32,000 nucleotides of DNA from Geotalea daltonii FRC-32 (GTDB lineage: Bacteria; Desulfobacterota; Desulfuromonadia; Geobacterales; Geobacteraceae). Made by a program: the position numbers and the translations under genes. How positions within the stretch are numbered: the first letter of the stretch is position 1; every line of letters begins with the position of its first letter. Below, piece by piece: positions 8,075 through 16,229 of this stretch. The stretch is from the NCBI RefSeq assembly GCF_000022265.1, contig NC_011979.1, forward strand, positions 1,470,001 to 1,502,000, read 5' to 3'. The notes beneath the pieces are model-generated. The model was not told where the DNA came from. It did not search any database and was given only the letters and a program-made list of their open reading frames with translations.

Positions 8075-8239
8075 ATGGAGACGGCGAGGATCAATGAAGT
8101 CCTGGCGCAGCAGATAGCAGTAGTAAGGGGACAGGCGGACCGTCTCGATAACAGGGACGTGCCGCGGTTGCGGATTGAGGTTGCGGAGATGGAGAAGTCG
8201 GTGGGTAGATTGAAAGAACTTGTCGACGCCCTGCCATGA
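8075..8239 (+). CDS. 54-aa coiled-coil protein, hypothetical (below the ORF-track size cutoff)
   Basis: My own translation: METARINEVLAQQIAVVRGQADRLDNRDVPRLRIEVAEMEKSVGRLKELVDALP, stop TGA 8237-8239. AAGGAG (8060-8065) lies 9 nt upstream of the ATG. Confidence 0.5.
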   Translation: METARINEVLAQQIAVVRGQADRLDNRDVPRLRIEVAEMEKSVGRLKELVDALP

Positions 8240-8292
8240 GTTGTTGCGAAGCTTTGCAAAACAAAAGTAGATCAGGAAGCCTGACCGGGAAA

Positions 8293-8322
8293 GGCGGGGC
8301 AGAAATGCTCCGCTCTTTAATT
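8293..8322 (+). terminator. candidate terminator hairpin (GGCGGGGCA-GAAA-TGCTCCGCT, then CTTTAATT)
   Basis: 9-bp stem with two G-U pairs and a GNRA loop. The T-tract is weak. Confidence 0.35.
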
Positions 8323-8693
8323 ACCAACCCCGACTCCATACGGCAGAATGAGGATGATTGAGCAGACCCTGGAAAGGTCCAGGGCGTTGACCTGAGATGC
8401 GTCGCCTAACGCTGGCCGGTTTTTTTGACAGATGCCTCGGTATAATTCCCCGCAGAGACCACCATTAGACCTCAGAACCTCGTCAGTACCGAATTTTTAT
8501 CAACTTTATTTTCATAAAATCCTTATAACTCAAGCAGATGCAAACTGTCAATTGCACTCTGCAGCGGATCGTGCTATTTATCGGCTGCCAGGATTAGAAA
8601 CGATTATTCGAAAGTGAGTCGATTGCCACCTTTGTGTGGCCGAGGGGGCGGTAATCCGTTGTTTCTTAATGGCCTAAATTACAGGAGGGGTAG

Positions 8694-9449
8694 ATGGAAA
8701 AGGACATTTTAATAGTCATGCAGGAAGACCTTGAGCGTGCCCTGAAAAAACCTGCGGAAGAGCGCCGTTGGGCCATGCTCCTTGACCTGCGCAAGTGTGT
8801 TGGCTGTCATGCCTGCACCATTGCCTGCGTCTCGGAAAACAAGCTCCCACCGAAACTTACCTATCGCCCTGTGTTCGAGTACGAGCAGGGAAAATACCCG
8901 AAGGTAAACCGCAGCTATTTGCCCAAGCCGTGCATGCAGTGCGACAAGCCGCCTTGCGTTGCCGCTTGTCCGGTTAAAGGCCCGGATGGTGCCACCTGGA
9001 AGGAAACCAAGGGGATCGGCAACGGCATCGTTCCGGTCAATTACGCCAAATGCATCGGTTGCGGCAATTGTGTTCCCGCCTGCCCCTATCAGGCCAGAAC
9101 CATGGATGACGGTTCCTTTCACACGGCAGGCACTCCCCAGCTGCAGGTCTACGAAACACTTCCCGCATTCGAGTATGGCAAAAAGTGGCCGCGCAAGGAG
9201 AATACTCTTCCCATCGGCAAGGCGCGTAAGTGTCACTTCTGTATCCATCGCCTTGCCAATGGCATGCTGCCCCAATGCATCACCACCTGCATCGGCAGGG
9301 TCGGCTACTTCGGCGATGAGAGTGATCCAAAAAGCCTTATCGCCCAGGTGAAGAAGGGGAACAAGATTCAGATCCTGAAGAAAAAGCTCGGCACGGCGCC
9401 TCGTGTTTATTACATCGCCAATGAGAAGCTGGAGGTAATCTATGGATAG
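8694..9449 (+). CDS. 4x[4Fe-4S] electron-transfer subunit of a molybdopterin oxidoreductase (TtrB/PsrB/DmsB family)
   Basis: Four Cys groups: CVGCHACTIAC, CMQCDKPPCVAACP, CIGCGNCVPACP and CHFC...CITTC. AGGAGG lies 5 nt upstream. The stop overlaps the next start by 8 nt. Confidence 0.9.
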   Translation: MEKDILIVMQEDLERALKKPAEERRWAMLLDLRKCVGCHACTIACVSENKLPPKLTYRPVFEYEQGKYPKVNRSYLPKPCMQCDKPPCVAACPVKGPDGATWKETKGIGNGIVPVNYAKCIGCGNCVPACPYQARTMDDGSFHTAGTPQLQVYETLPAFEYGKKWPRKENTLPIGKARKCHFCIHRLANGMLPQCITTCIGRVGYFGDESDPKSLIAQVKKGNKIQILKKKLGTAPRVYYIANEKLEVIYG

Positions 9450-12400
9450 GCATGAAGATAAAGAACTTCTTGAAAATGAAGAACTTCTTGAAAATAAAGG
9501 TATGAGCCGCAGAAAATTTCTCAAGACCAGTGCCATGGTCGGTTGTGGCGCGCTGGTGGCTGCCCAGCTGGACTTTGCCAAAGGGTTGATAGCCCGTGTC
9601 GAAGCAGGCGAAATTACCGAAGCCGAGGCGTACGAGCTGATGAAGGCGGAAAACACTCTCTACACGGTTTGTCTCAATTGCAACACCGGTTGTGGCATCA
9701 AGGTGAAGATTTTTGAGGGAGTGGCGGTCAAGGTGGACGGCAACCCGTACAACCCTTTTACTCTCCATCCGCATTTGGAGATGAAAGAAGACATCGCCAG
9801 GGGAGCCAAGATTGATGGCGCCATCTGTCCTAAGGGGCAGTCAGGCCACCAGGGGGCATACGATCCCTACCGAATCCGCCAGGTCTTGAAGAGGGCCGGC
9901 AGGAGGGGAGAGGGAAAATGGCAGTCGGTTCCCTTCGATCAGGCGGTCAGCGAGATCGTCAATGGCGGTCTCCTCTTCAGCCATGTTCCCGGAGAAGAAA
10001 ACCGCCACGTGGATGGTTTGAAATCCCTTTATGTCCTCACCGACCACAAGGTCTATGAGGAAATGGGGAACGATGTTGCCAAAATCCGCAAGAAAAAGAT
10101 GACGGTTGCCGAATTCAAGACCAAGCATGCCGCCAATCTGGATAAGCTCATCGACCCCGACCACCCGGACTTCGGCCCGAAGAACAACCAGTTCGTCTAC
10201 TGGTGGGGACGGAAGAAAGGGGGGAGAAGCGATTTTGCCAAGCGCTTTACCGAGCAATTCGGCACAGTCAACACCCACGGCCATACCACGGTCTGCCAGG
10301 GCTCCCTCTACTTTGCCTGCAAGGCCATGAGCGAGCAGTACGTGGGGGACACCTTCAAGGACGGTCAGAAATTCTACTGGCAGCCCGACCAGGAGAACTC
10401 CGAGTACATCCTTTTTGTCGGCTCCAACCTCTTCGACGGCAATTACGGACCTCCCAACCGGACACCTCGAATGACCCAGCGTATGGTGGAGGGAAAACTG
10501 AAGACCACGGCCGTCGACCCGCGCTTCACCAAGCTGGCTGCCAAGGCCAACCGCTGGCTGCCGATCCAGCCGGGCACCGATGCCGCCCTTGCCATGGGAA
10601 TGACCCGCTGGATTCTGGAAAACAAGCGTTTCGATGCCAAATATCTGGCCAATGCCAACAAAGCAGCTGCCGCAGCCGACAAGGAGACCACTTGGAGCAA
10701 CGGCGCCTGGCTGGTCAAGCTTGACAAGGATGGAAAGCCGGGGGTTTTCCTCCGGGCCTCGGAAATAGGCCTGAAGGCCAAAGAGGTACGCAAGGACAAG
10801 GATGGCAAGGATTTCGATTTCGAGTACCTGGTGGCCATGAAGGACGGCAAACCGGTTGCCTTCGATCCCAATGACGAGAAAGAGGCCGTGGAAGGGGAGC
10901 TGTTTGTTGCCGCCGAACTGACGGACAAGGACGGCAAGCCGGTCAAGGTGAAGAGCGGCCTGCAGGTAATGCTGGAAACTGCCAAGGAGAAAACCCTCGC
11001 CGAATACGCCAAGATTTGCGGCCTTGAAGCCAAGGTCATCGAGGAGGTGGCGAGGGAACTGACCAGCTATGGCAAAAAGGCTGCCGTCGATGTTCACCGC
11101 GGCCCGGCCCAGCATACCAACGGCTTCTATAACATTGCTTCTCTGATGAACCTGAACCTGCTTCTGGGCAACTTCGACTGGAAGGGGGGCATGATCGTCG
11201 CTTCCACCTATAACACCGACGGCACCAAGAGCGAAAAGCAGCCTTTCAACCTGAAGAAGATCAGCCCGAAAGGGGCAAAACCCTTCGGACTGTCCATTAT
11301 CCGTCACGATGCCAAATACGAGGAATCGACCCTTTTCGAGACGGCCAAATATCCGGCCAAACGCAACTGGTGGCCGCTCTCTTCCGACGTTTATGAGGAA
11401 ATCCTCCCTTCCATGGCCGATGCCTATCCCTATCCGGCCAAGGTAGTCTTCTCCTATATGGGTGCGCCATCCTACTCGCTACCTGCAGGCCACACCATGA
11501 TCGAGGCGCTGGTCAACACCGACCGCATTCCTCTCTACTTCGCCAGCGATATAACCATCGGCACTACAACCATGTATGCCGACTATATCTTCCCCGACCT
11601 TCACTACCTGGAGCGTTGGGAGATGCAGGGATCGCACCCCAACATGCCGGTCAAGGTGCAGCCGATCCGCCAGCCGGTCATTCCTTCCCCCAATGAGGTG
11701 GTCAAGGTTTTCGGCGAGGAGCAGCCCATATCCTATGAGACTCTGTGGCTGGCCCTGGCCGAGAAACTGGGACTGAAGGGATTCGGTCCCAACGGCTTCG
11801 GTGAAGGGAAGCCCCTTACCCGTCCCGATGATTTCTACATCCGAATGGTCGCCAACGTGGCTGGAGACGGCAAGGAGCCGGTGCCCGATGCCGGTGCGGC
11901 GGAGATTGAGACCTTCCTCAAGGCCCGAAGGCACCTGCCGAAGAATGTTTTCGATGTGGATCGTTGGCAGAAGATCGCCGGACCCGCCTTTGCCAAGGTG
12001 GTGTATGTGCTGAACCGTGGCGGGCGCTTTGACAGCCAGGCCAATACCTACAAGGGAGATCATGTGGCCAACAAGTACGGCAAGCAGATCAACCTCTATC
12101 AGGAAAAGACCTACAAGTGCAAGGATGCTTTCACCGGCAAACATTACTACGGCATGGCCCGCTACATGCCGGTTGTGGATACCCTTGACCGGCCGCCCGT
12201 GGAGCAGTCGAAGGGGTACGACCTGCACCTGATCACCCAGCGGGACATTCGCATGACCAAGTCCCGCACTATCACCAATCAGTACTTGACCGACTCCATC
12301 CCGGAAAACAGCATCATCATCCATACCAGGGACGCCAAGCGGCTGGGCCTGAAGGCCGGGCAGAAGGTGAAGGTGGTTTCGTCCACCAATCCGGCAGGGG

Positions 12401-12693
12401 AGTGGGATCTGAAGAACGGGACGAAAGTGCCTATGATCGGCAAGGTGCAGATTACCGAGACTATCCGCCCGGGTGTTGTAACCTTTACCCTTGGCCACGG
12501 CCATTGGGCTACCGGCGCCGGCGACGTGACCATCGACGGCAAGGTGATCAAGGGGGATCCCAGGAGGGCTGCCGGCATCCATGCCAATGCAGCCATGTGG
12601 ATCGACCCGCACCTGAAGAACACCTGCATGATCGACAAGGTGGGGGGAAGCGTGTCGTTCTATGATACAAAAGTGAAGTTGGTGAAAGTGTAA
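9442..12693 (+). CDS. Tat-exported bis-MGD molybdopterin oxidoreductase catalytic subunit, large TtrA/SrdA-like type (copy 1)
   Basis: 1083 aa. Twin-arginine SRRKFLK. N-terminal CxxCxxxC...C [4Fe-4S] motif (CLNCNTGC...CPKG). GHTTVCQGS is the candidate Cys Mo ligand. GNPYNPF and KRAGRRGEGKW resemble TtrA as I recall it. GGAGG lies 6 nt before ATG 9442; alternative start ATG 9502. Confidence 0.85.
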   Translation: MDRHEDKELLENEELLENKGMSRRKFLKTSAMVGCGALVAAQLDFAKGLIARVEAGEITEAEAYELMKAENTLYTVCLNCNTGCGIKVKIFEGVAVKVDGNPYNPFTLHPHLEMKEDIARGAKIDGAICPKGQSGHQGAYDPYRIRQVLKRAGRRGEGKWQSVPFDQAVSEIVNGGLLFSHVPGEENRHVDGLKSLYVLTDHKVYEEMGNDVAKIRKKKMTVAEFKTKHAANLDKLIDPDHPDFGPKNNQFVYWWGRKKGGRSDFAKRFTEQFGTVNTHGHTTVCQGSLYFACKAMSEQYVGDTFKDGQKFYWQPDQENSEYILFVGSNLFDGNYGPPNRTPRMTQRMVEGKLKTTAVDPRFTKLAAKANRWLPIQPGTDAALAMGMTRWILENKRFDAKYLANANKAAAAADKETTWSNGAWLVKLDKDGKPGVFLRASEIGLKAKEVRKDKDGKDFDFEYLVAMKDGKPVAFDPNDEKEAVEGELFVAAELTDKDGKPVKVKSGLQVMLETAKEKTLAEYAKICGLEAKVIEEVARELTSYGKKAAVDVHRGPAQHTNGFYNIASLMNLNLLLGNFDWKGGMIVASTYNTDGTKSEKQPFNLKKISPKGAKPFGLSIIRHDAKYEESTLFETAKYPAKRNWWPLSSDVYEEILPSMADAYPYPAKVVFSYMGAPSYSLPAGHTMIEALVNTDRIPLYFASDITIGTTTMYADYIFPDLHYLERWEMQGSHPNMPVKVQPIRQPVIPSPNEVVKVFGEEQPISYETLWLALAEKLGLKGFGPNGFGEGKPLTRPDDFYIRMVANVAGDGKEPVPDAGAAEIETFLKARRHLPKNVFDVDRWQKIAGPAFAKVVYVLNRGGRFDSQANTYKGDHVANKYGKQINLYQEKTYKCKDAFTGKHYYGMARYMPVVDTLDRPPVEQSKGYDLHLITQRDIRMTKSRTITNQYLTDSIPENSIIIHTRDAKRLGLKAGQKVKVVSSTNPAGEWDLKNGTKVPMIGKVQITETIRPGVVTFTLGHGHWATGAGDVTIDGKVIKGDPRRAAGIHANAAMWIDPHLKNTCMIDKVGGSVSFYDTKVKLVKV
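9460..9495 (+). repeat. 18-bp tandem duplication (17/18 identical) in the Tat signal n-region
   Basis: aaagaacttcttgaaaat / gaagaacttcttgaaaat, giving KELLEN-EELLEN. Confidence 0.9.
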
Positions 12694-12723
12694 AGATCAT
12701 CTGAAAATTCTTTTTTAACCCTC

Positions 12724-12757
12724 AGCGGGCTGCCGGAAACGGTAGCCCGCTTTTTTT
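12724..12757 (+). terminator. rho-independent terminator after the ttrBA-like operon
   Basis: AGCGGGCT (12724-12731) pairs with AGCCCGCT (12744-12751), followed by a T-run through 12757. Confidence 0.85.
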
Positions 12758-12840
12758 GGGACCGGACTCATGAAATCAACTAAAGGGTATACCTCACATG
12801 CCGATACGTTGGAACATATGCTATCTAAAGGAGGATACTG

Positions 12841-13614
12841 ATGAAGAAGACATGTGCTGTGCTATGCGGAATTGCTCTGCTAACCATGGGAGGGGCACTT
12901 GCCCAGGCTGAGGTCGTCAAGCTCCACGGTTCGACTACCTGCCAAAAGCGGATCTTCGAACCGGGCAAGGATGCTCTGAAAAAAGCCACCGGTATCGACC
13001 TCGAACTGGTGGGTAACGGTACCGGCAACGGCCTTGAAGACCTGGTAGCCGGCAAGGCTGATGCCTCCATGGCCTCTGAAGAATTGGTCGATGCCGTAGC
13101 CAGCATGAAGGCTGCCACCGGCAAGGATGCATCGGCTGACCTGAAACCGAATGTCATCACAACGGATGTCATCAAGGTAATAGTCAACCCGGCCAACCCG
13201 GTGAGCAAGCTCTCAAAGGACCAGCTAAAGGGGCTTCATACCGGCGCTATCGACAATTGGAAGTCGGTTGGCGGACCTGACCAGCCGGTTATTGTCGTTA
13301 CTTCCCACTCGGGATCTGCAACCCGGAAAGTATTCTCAAAACTGATGATGGACAACGCCAAGTATGTTGATGGCGCCATTGAGGTGAAGACCACGAGGGA
13401 GGAAATAGACAACGTCGGCCAGCTCTCCGAGGCGATCGGCGCGGTCAGCATGGGGTTCATCAACCTGCCGGGCAACAAGGAAAAAGTAAAAATTGTCGAG
13501 ACGTCGGAAATCAGCCGTCCTTTGATGCTGATAACCCGGGGCGAGCCGTCGGCCAAGGTGAAGAAGGTGCTTGATTTTTTCACCGGCGAGGGAAAGAAGT
13601 ATATCAAGGACTAG
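12841..13614 (+). CDS. periplasmic PstS-family (PBP_like_2) substrate-binding protein, orphan (PBP-1)
   Basis: Signal peptide ...GGALAQA. HGSTT, GNGTGNG, LSKDQLKGLHTGAIDNWKSVGG and HSGSATRKVF motifs. AAGGAGG lies 6 nt upstream. No transporter genes nearby. Confidence 0.85.
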   Translation: MKKTCAVLCGIALLTMGGALAQAEVVKLHGSTTCQKRIFEPGKDALKKATGIDLELVGNGTGNGLEDLVAGKADASMASEELVDAVASMKAATGKDASADLKPNVITTDVIKVIVNPANPVSKLSKDQLKGLHTGAIDNWKSVGGPDQPVIVVTSHSGSATRKVFSKLMMDNAKYVDGAIEVKTTREEIDNVGQLSEAIGAVSMGFINLPGNKEKVKIVETSEISRPLMLITRGEPSAKVKKVLDFFTGEGKKYIKD

Positions 13615-13637
13615 GTAAAGCTTTTACTCAACAAAAG

Positions 13638-13659
13638 GGGGGCGCAGGCCCCCTTTTTT
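13638..13659. terminator. hairpin GGGGGC-GCAG-GCCCCC flanked by A4 and T6, between PBP-1 and MCP-1
   Basis: Read directly. The T6 run is at 13654-13659. It could attenuate rather than fully stop readthrough into MCP-1. Confidence 0.65.
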
Positions 13660-13687
13660 ACCCTGTTGAAGTGAGGACATATCCCGC

Positions 13688-16171
13688 ATGACCATCAAGA
13701 CCAAACTCTTTGCCAATATGTTTCTGACCATTGCCGGTATTTTAATTATTGCCGGTTTCAGCCTGGGGGGCATGCGGTTCGTGCAGAGCAAACTGGCTGT
13801 TCTCACGGAGAAGTCCACCCCCTATCAGTTGAAGACCATTGAGCTCCAACGGGCAGTGCAGGAGCACACTTCGAACCTGCTCAAGCTGGCTACCGCAACA
13901 ACGGCCCAGGAACTGACAGCAGCACGCGGGGAGCTGGAAAAAACATTGGCGGATGTGAAGAGCCTGTCAACGGAACTTTCATCGTTCAAAGGGAGCAATA
14001 CTGCCGATGGAGCAGAAAAGCAGCACCTTGACGAACTTGCCTCCATCACTGCCGAATTGGTCCGAACTGTAGATGAGAAGCTGAAAGCCCGGGATGAGGC
14101 AAAAAAAGCCGACACCGAGACGAAAGGGAAGTTGCAGCAGATCGGCCAGAAGCTGAAGGAGATGGACGGGGCGATGAAGAAGCTGCAGAAGGGCTCCATG
14201 GGCCAACTCTCCACCTCCAACGAGAGCGTCAAGCAGATCAGCCAACGGGTCAAGATTGTGCAGGCGACGATGAATTCCATCAATGATGTGAAGATTTCGC
14301 TCCTCGAGATTGCCGCCGCTGAGAACAAGGCCGGCGTAACCGTCGCCCGTAGCCACTTTACGGTAGCTTCACGCTGGATAACGACCGGCGCCCTGGCCAA
14401 AGCCGAAAAAGACAGCGCTGCGGTGAAAAGCCTCATTGATGGTATTGGTGAAATAACCAAGCAGGTCACCGGCGCCGGCGGGCTGATCGAGACCAAAAAT
14501 GCATTGCTTGCCACCCCGACCGATGATCTGAGAAAGCAGTTCAGCGAGACGAATGCTTCTGCCATGCAGAAACTTGCCCAGATGACGGTCCTGATGGGTG
14601 ATCTGGTGGAAAAGGCTGCCGAGACCAATACCTCGGAAAACAAACGGTTTGAAGAATCATTGAAGGGCTCGGAATCAGCCAGTACCGTCATGGGGATGAA
14701 CTCGGACCTGGTGGGCATAGGTGGTGACATTCGCAGTCTTACCAAAGAACTGTTCGATGCCGACAATCCCCAGGAACTGGATACCATACGGAGCGAACTG
14801 GAGCAGGAGTTTGCTCAGGCGGACGGGGTGCGAAACCGGATGCGCTCGGGCAAGAAAGGACAGGAACTGCGCCAGCTCGGCCAGGTGACGGCTGCACTGC
14901 AGGATATCCGCGGGCTGCTCCTGGCCAAAGACGGTGTGGTGGCGAAGCTGAAGCACTCCCTGGAGGTTACGCGACAGGCGCAAGCCCTCAACGAAAAGTT
15001 GAAAGGTGTCGTTGCTGCCCAGCGCGAGGAGGGTAAAAAAGGGATGAGTAGTGCTCAGCAGGAACAGAGCAAGGCGGTCAAATCTGTGAACAGGGTCTTC
15101 AAGACCAGCATAACCTCTGTTACCATCATAGCTCTGGCTGTTCTCGTGCTGGGTATCGTTTTCAGCACCGGCCTGGTCAGATCGATCACTGCCCCTATCA
15201 AGGAGCTGACAAGCATTTCCGAGAAATTCGGCAACGGCGATTTCAGCAGCAGACTGGACGAAAAACGCAAAGATGAATTCGGTACTCTTGCCGTACATTT
15301 CAACCAGGCCACGGTCAAACTGAAGGAAATAACTTCCCAGATACGGGGCGCCATCGGCAACCTTGCCCATAGCGCTAATGCGCTGACGACAACGGCCGAG
15401 GAACTCAGCGCCGGTGCCCGCCAGCAGGCTACCCAGACAGATCAATCGGCTTCAGCCATGATCGAGATGAGCCAGACCATTCAGGATGTGGCACGTAATG
15501 CCCATGAGGCGGCCGCCGAAACGAAAAACACCCTTCTGTTGGCGGCGAACGGGCAAAAAACAGTGGGTGAAACGGTGCGCGGCATGGAGGAAATAGCAAG
15601 CTCCGTGAAGGAAACAGCTGATACGATACGGCAGCTTGGGGAAAATTCAGCGAGAATCGGTTCGGTTGTGGATGTCATTAACGAAATTGCCGACCAGACC
15701 AACCTGCTGGCTTTAAATGCGGCCATAGAAGCGGCACGTGCCGGTGACGCCGGTATGGGGTTTGCCGTTGTTGCCGACGAAGTAAGAAAGCTTGCCGAAA
15801 AAACGGCCGAGTCCACCAAGGAAATAGCCCAGATGGTAGCCCAGATACAGGCAAACACCAGCAAATCAGTGGTGGCGATGGAAAAGGGCACGGTGAAGGT
15901 TGAGGAGGGGATGCAGCGGGCGACTGAGGCGAATCGATCACTGGATGAAATCGTCAATGCTTCAGATAAAGGTGTTGCCATGGTTCAGACTATTGCCACA
16001 GCCTCTGAAGAGCAATCGGCAGTCGCCGCAGAGGTCTCCACCAGCATGGAACACATTGCATCCATAACCCGCGCAGCGGAGACGTCAACCAACGATATTA
16101 CCCGCTCCGCCGAAGAACTGAACCGCCTTGCTGAAGATTTGAATAACATGGCTGCATGGTTCAAGGTTTAA
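13688..16171 (+). CDS. methyl-accepting chemotaxis protein with ~445-aa helical periplasmic domain (MCP-1)
   Basis: TM1 is about residues 8-29 and TM2 about 475-497, followed by a HAMP domain. Hairpin tip [41 protein letters not shown]. About 136 residues per cytoplasmic arm, consistent with the 40H class. Confidence 0.9.
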   Translation: MTIKTKLFANMFLTIAGILIIAGFSLGGMRFVQSKLAVLTEKSTPYQLKTIELQRAVQEHTSNLLKLATATTAQELTAARGELEKTLADVKSLSTELSSFKGSNTADGAEKQHLDELASITAELVRTVDEKLKARDEAKKADTETKGKLQQIGQKLKEMDGAMKKLQKGSMGQLSTSNESVKQISQRVKIVQATMNSINDVKISLLEIAAAENKAGVTVARSHFTVASRWITTGALAKAEKDSAAVKSLIDGIGEITKQVTGAGGLIETKNALLATPTDDLRKQFSETNASAMQKLAQMTVLMGDLVEKAAETNTSENKRFEESLKGSESASTVMGMNSDLVGIGGDIRSLTKELFDADNPQELDTIRSELEQEFAQADGVRNRMRSGKKGQELRQLGQVTAALQDIRGLLLAKDGVVAKLKHSLEVTRQAQALNEKLKGVVAAQREEGKKGMSSAQQEQSKAVKSVNRVFKTSITSVTIIALAVLVLGIVFSTGLVRSITAPIKELTSISEKFGNGDFSSRLDEKRKDEFGTLAVHFNQATVKLKEITSQIRGAIGNLAHSANALTTTAEELSAGARQQATQTDQSASAMIEMSQTIQDVARNAHEAAAETKNTLLLAANGQKTVGETVRGMEEIASSVKETADTIRQLGENSARIGSVVDVINEIADQTNLLALNAAIEAARAGDAGMGFAVVADEVRKLAEKTAESTKEIAQMVAQIQANTSKSVVAMEKGTVKVEEGMQRATEANRSLDEIVNASDKGVAMVQTIATASEEQSAVAAEVSTSMEHIASITRAAETSTNDITRSAEELNRLAEDLNNMAAWFKV

Positions 16172-16194
16172 GGTGAAAATGCCGGAAAGGCAGG

Positions 16195-16227
16195 AAAAAG
16201 GGCTGCGGACAACGCAGCCCTTTTTTT
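16195..16227. terminator. bidirectional rho-independent terminator shared by the convergent MCP genes
   Basis: A5, then GGGCTGCG (16200-16207), loop GACAA, CGCAGCCC (16213-16220), then T7. Confidence 0.9.
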
Positions 16228-16229
16228 GA

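Noticed and set aside
8425-8446. Perfect TTGACA (8425-8430) and perfect TATAAT (8441-8446) that look like a consensus promoter.
   Set aside because: The spacer is only 10 nt, so the two hexamers cannot act together as a sigma70 promoter. The TATAAT may still work with a poor -35, so it is only mentioned in the leader finding.
8545-8565. Pho-box-like CTGTCA (CTGTCAATTGCACTCTGCAGC) upstream of the ttrB-like gene. CTGTCA/TTGTCA also occurs at 8055 and 7753.
   Set aside because: Only one good 7-mer is present. The second repeat at 11-nt register matches 3/7 at best, and a 6-mer is expected by chance several times in 32 kb.
8432-8617. 61-aa ORF in the intergenic region (MPRYNSPQRPPLDL...).
   Set aside because: It has no RBS. 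It lies in AT-rich, promoter-like DNA, and its composition is odd and non-protein-like.
8447-8693. Moco riboswitch upstream of the molybdoenzyme operon.
   Set aside because: The genomic context is right, but I cannot match the remembered consensus by eye; only vague CCGAGG / GCCTCGG similarities are present. It is left as a cmscan check, not a feature.
9841-12612. Very long antisense ORFs inside the molybdoenzyme and cytochrome genes: 9841..11307 (488 aa), 11479..12612 (377 aa), 21214..22377 (387 aa), 19678..20634, 8709..9656 and 3311..4390.
   Set aside because: These are shadow ORFs typical of GC-rich coding DNA. The products are Gly/Arg/Pro/Leu-rich with no motifs and no RBS, and each lies entirely opposite a gene with strong domain evidence.
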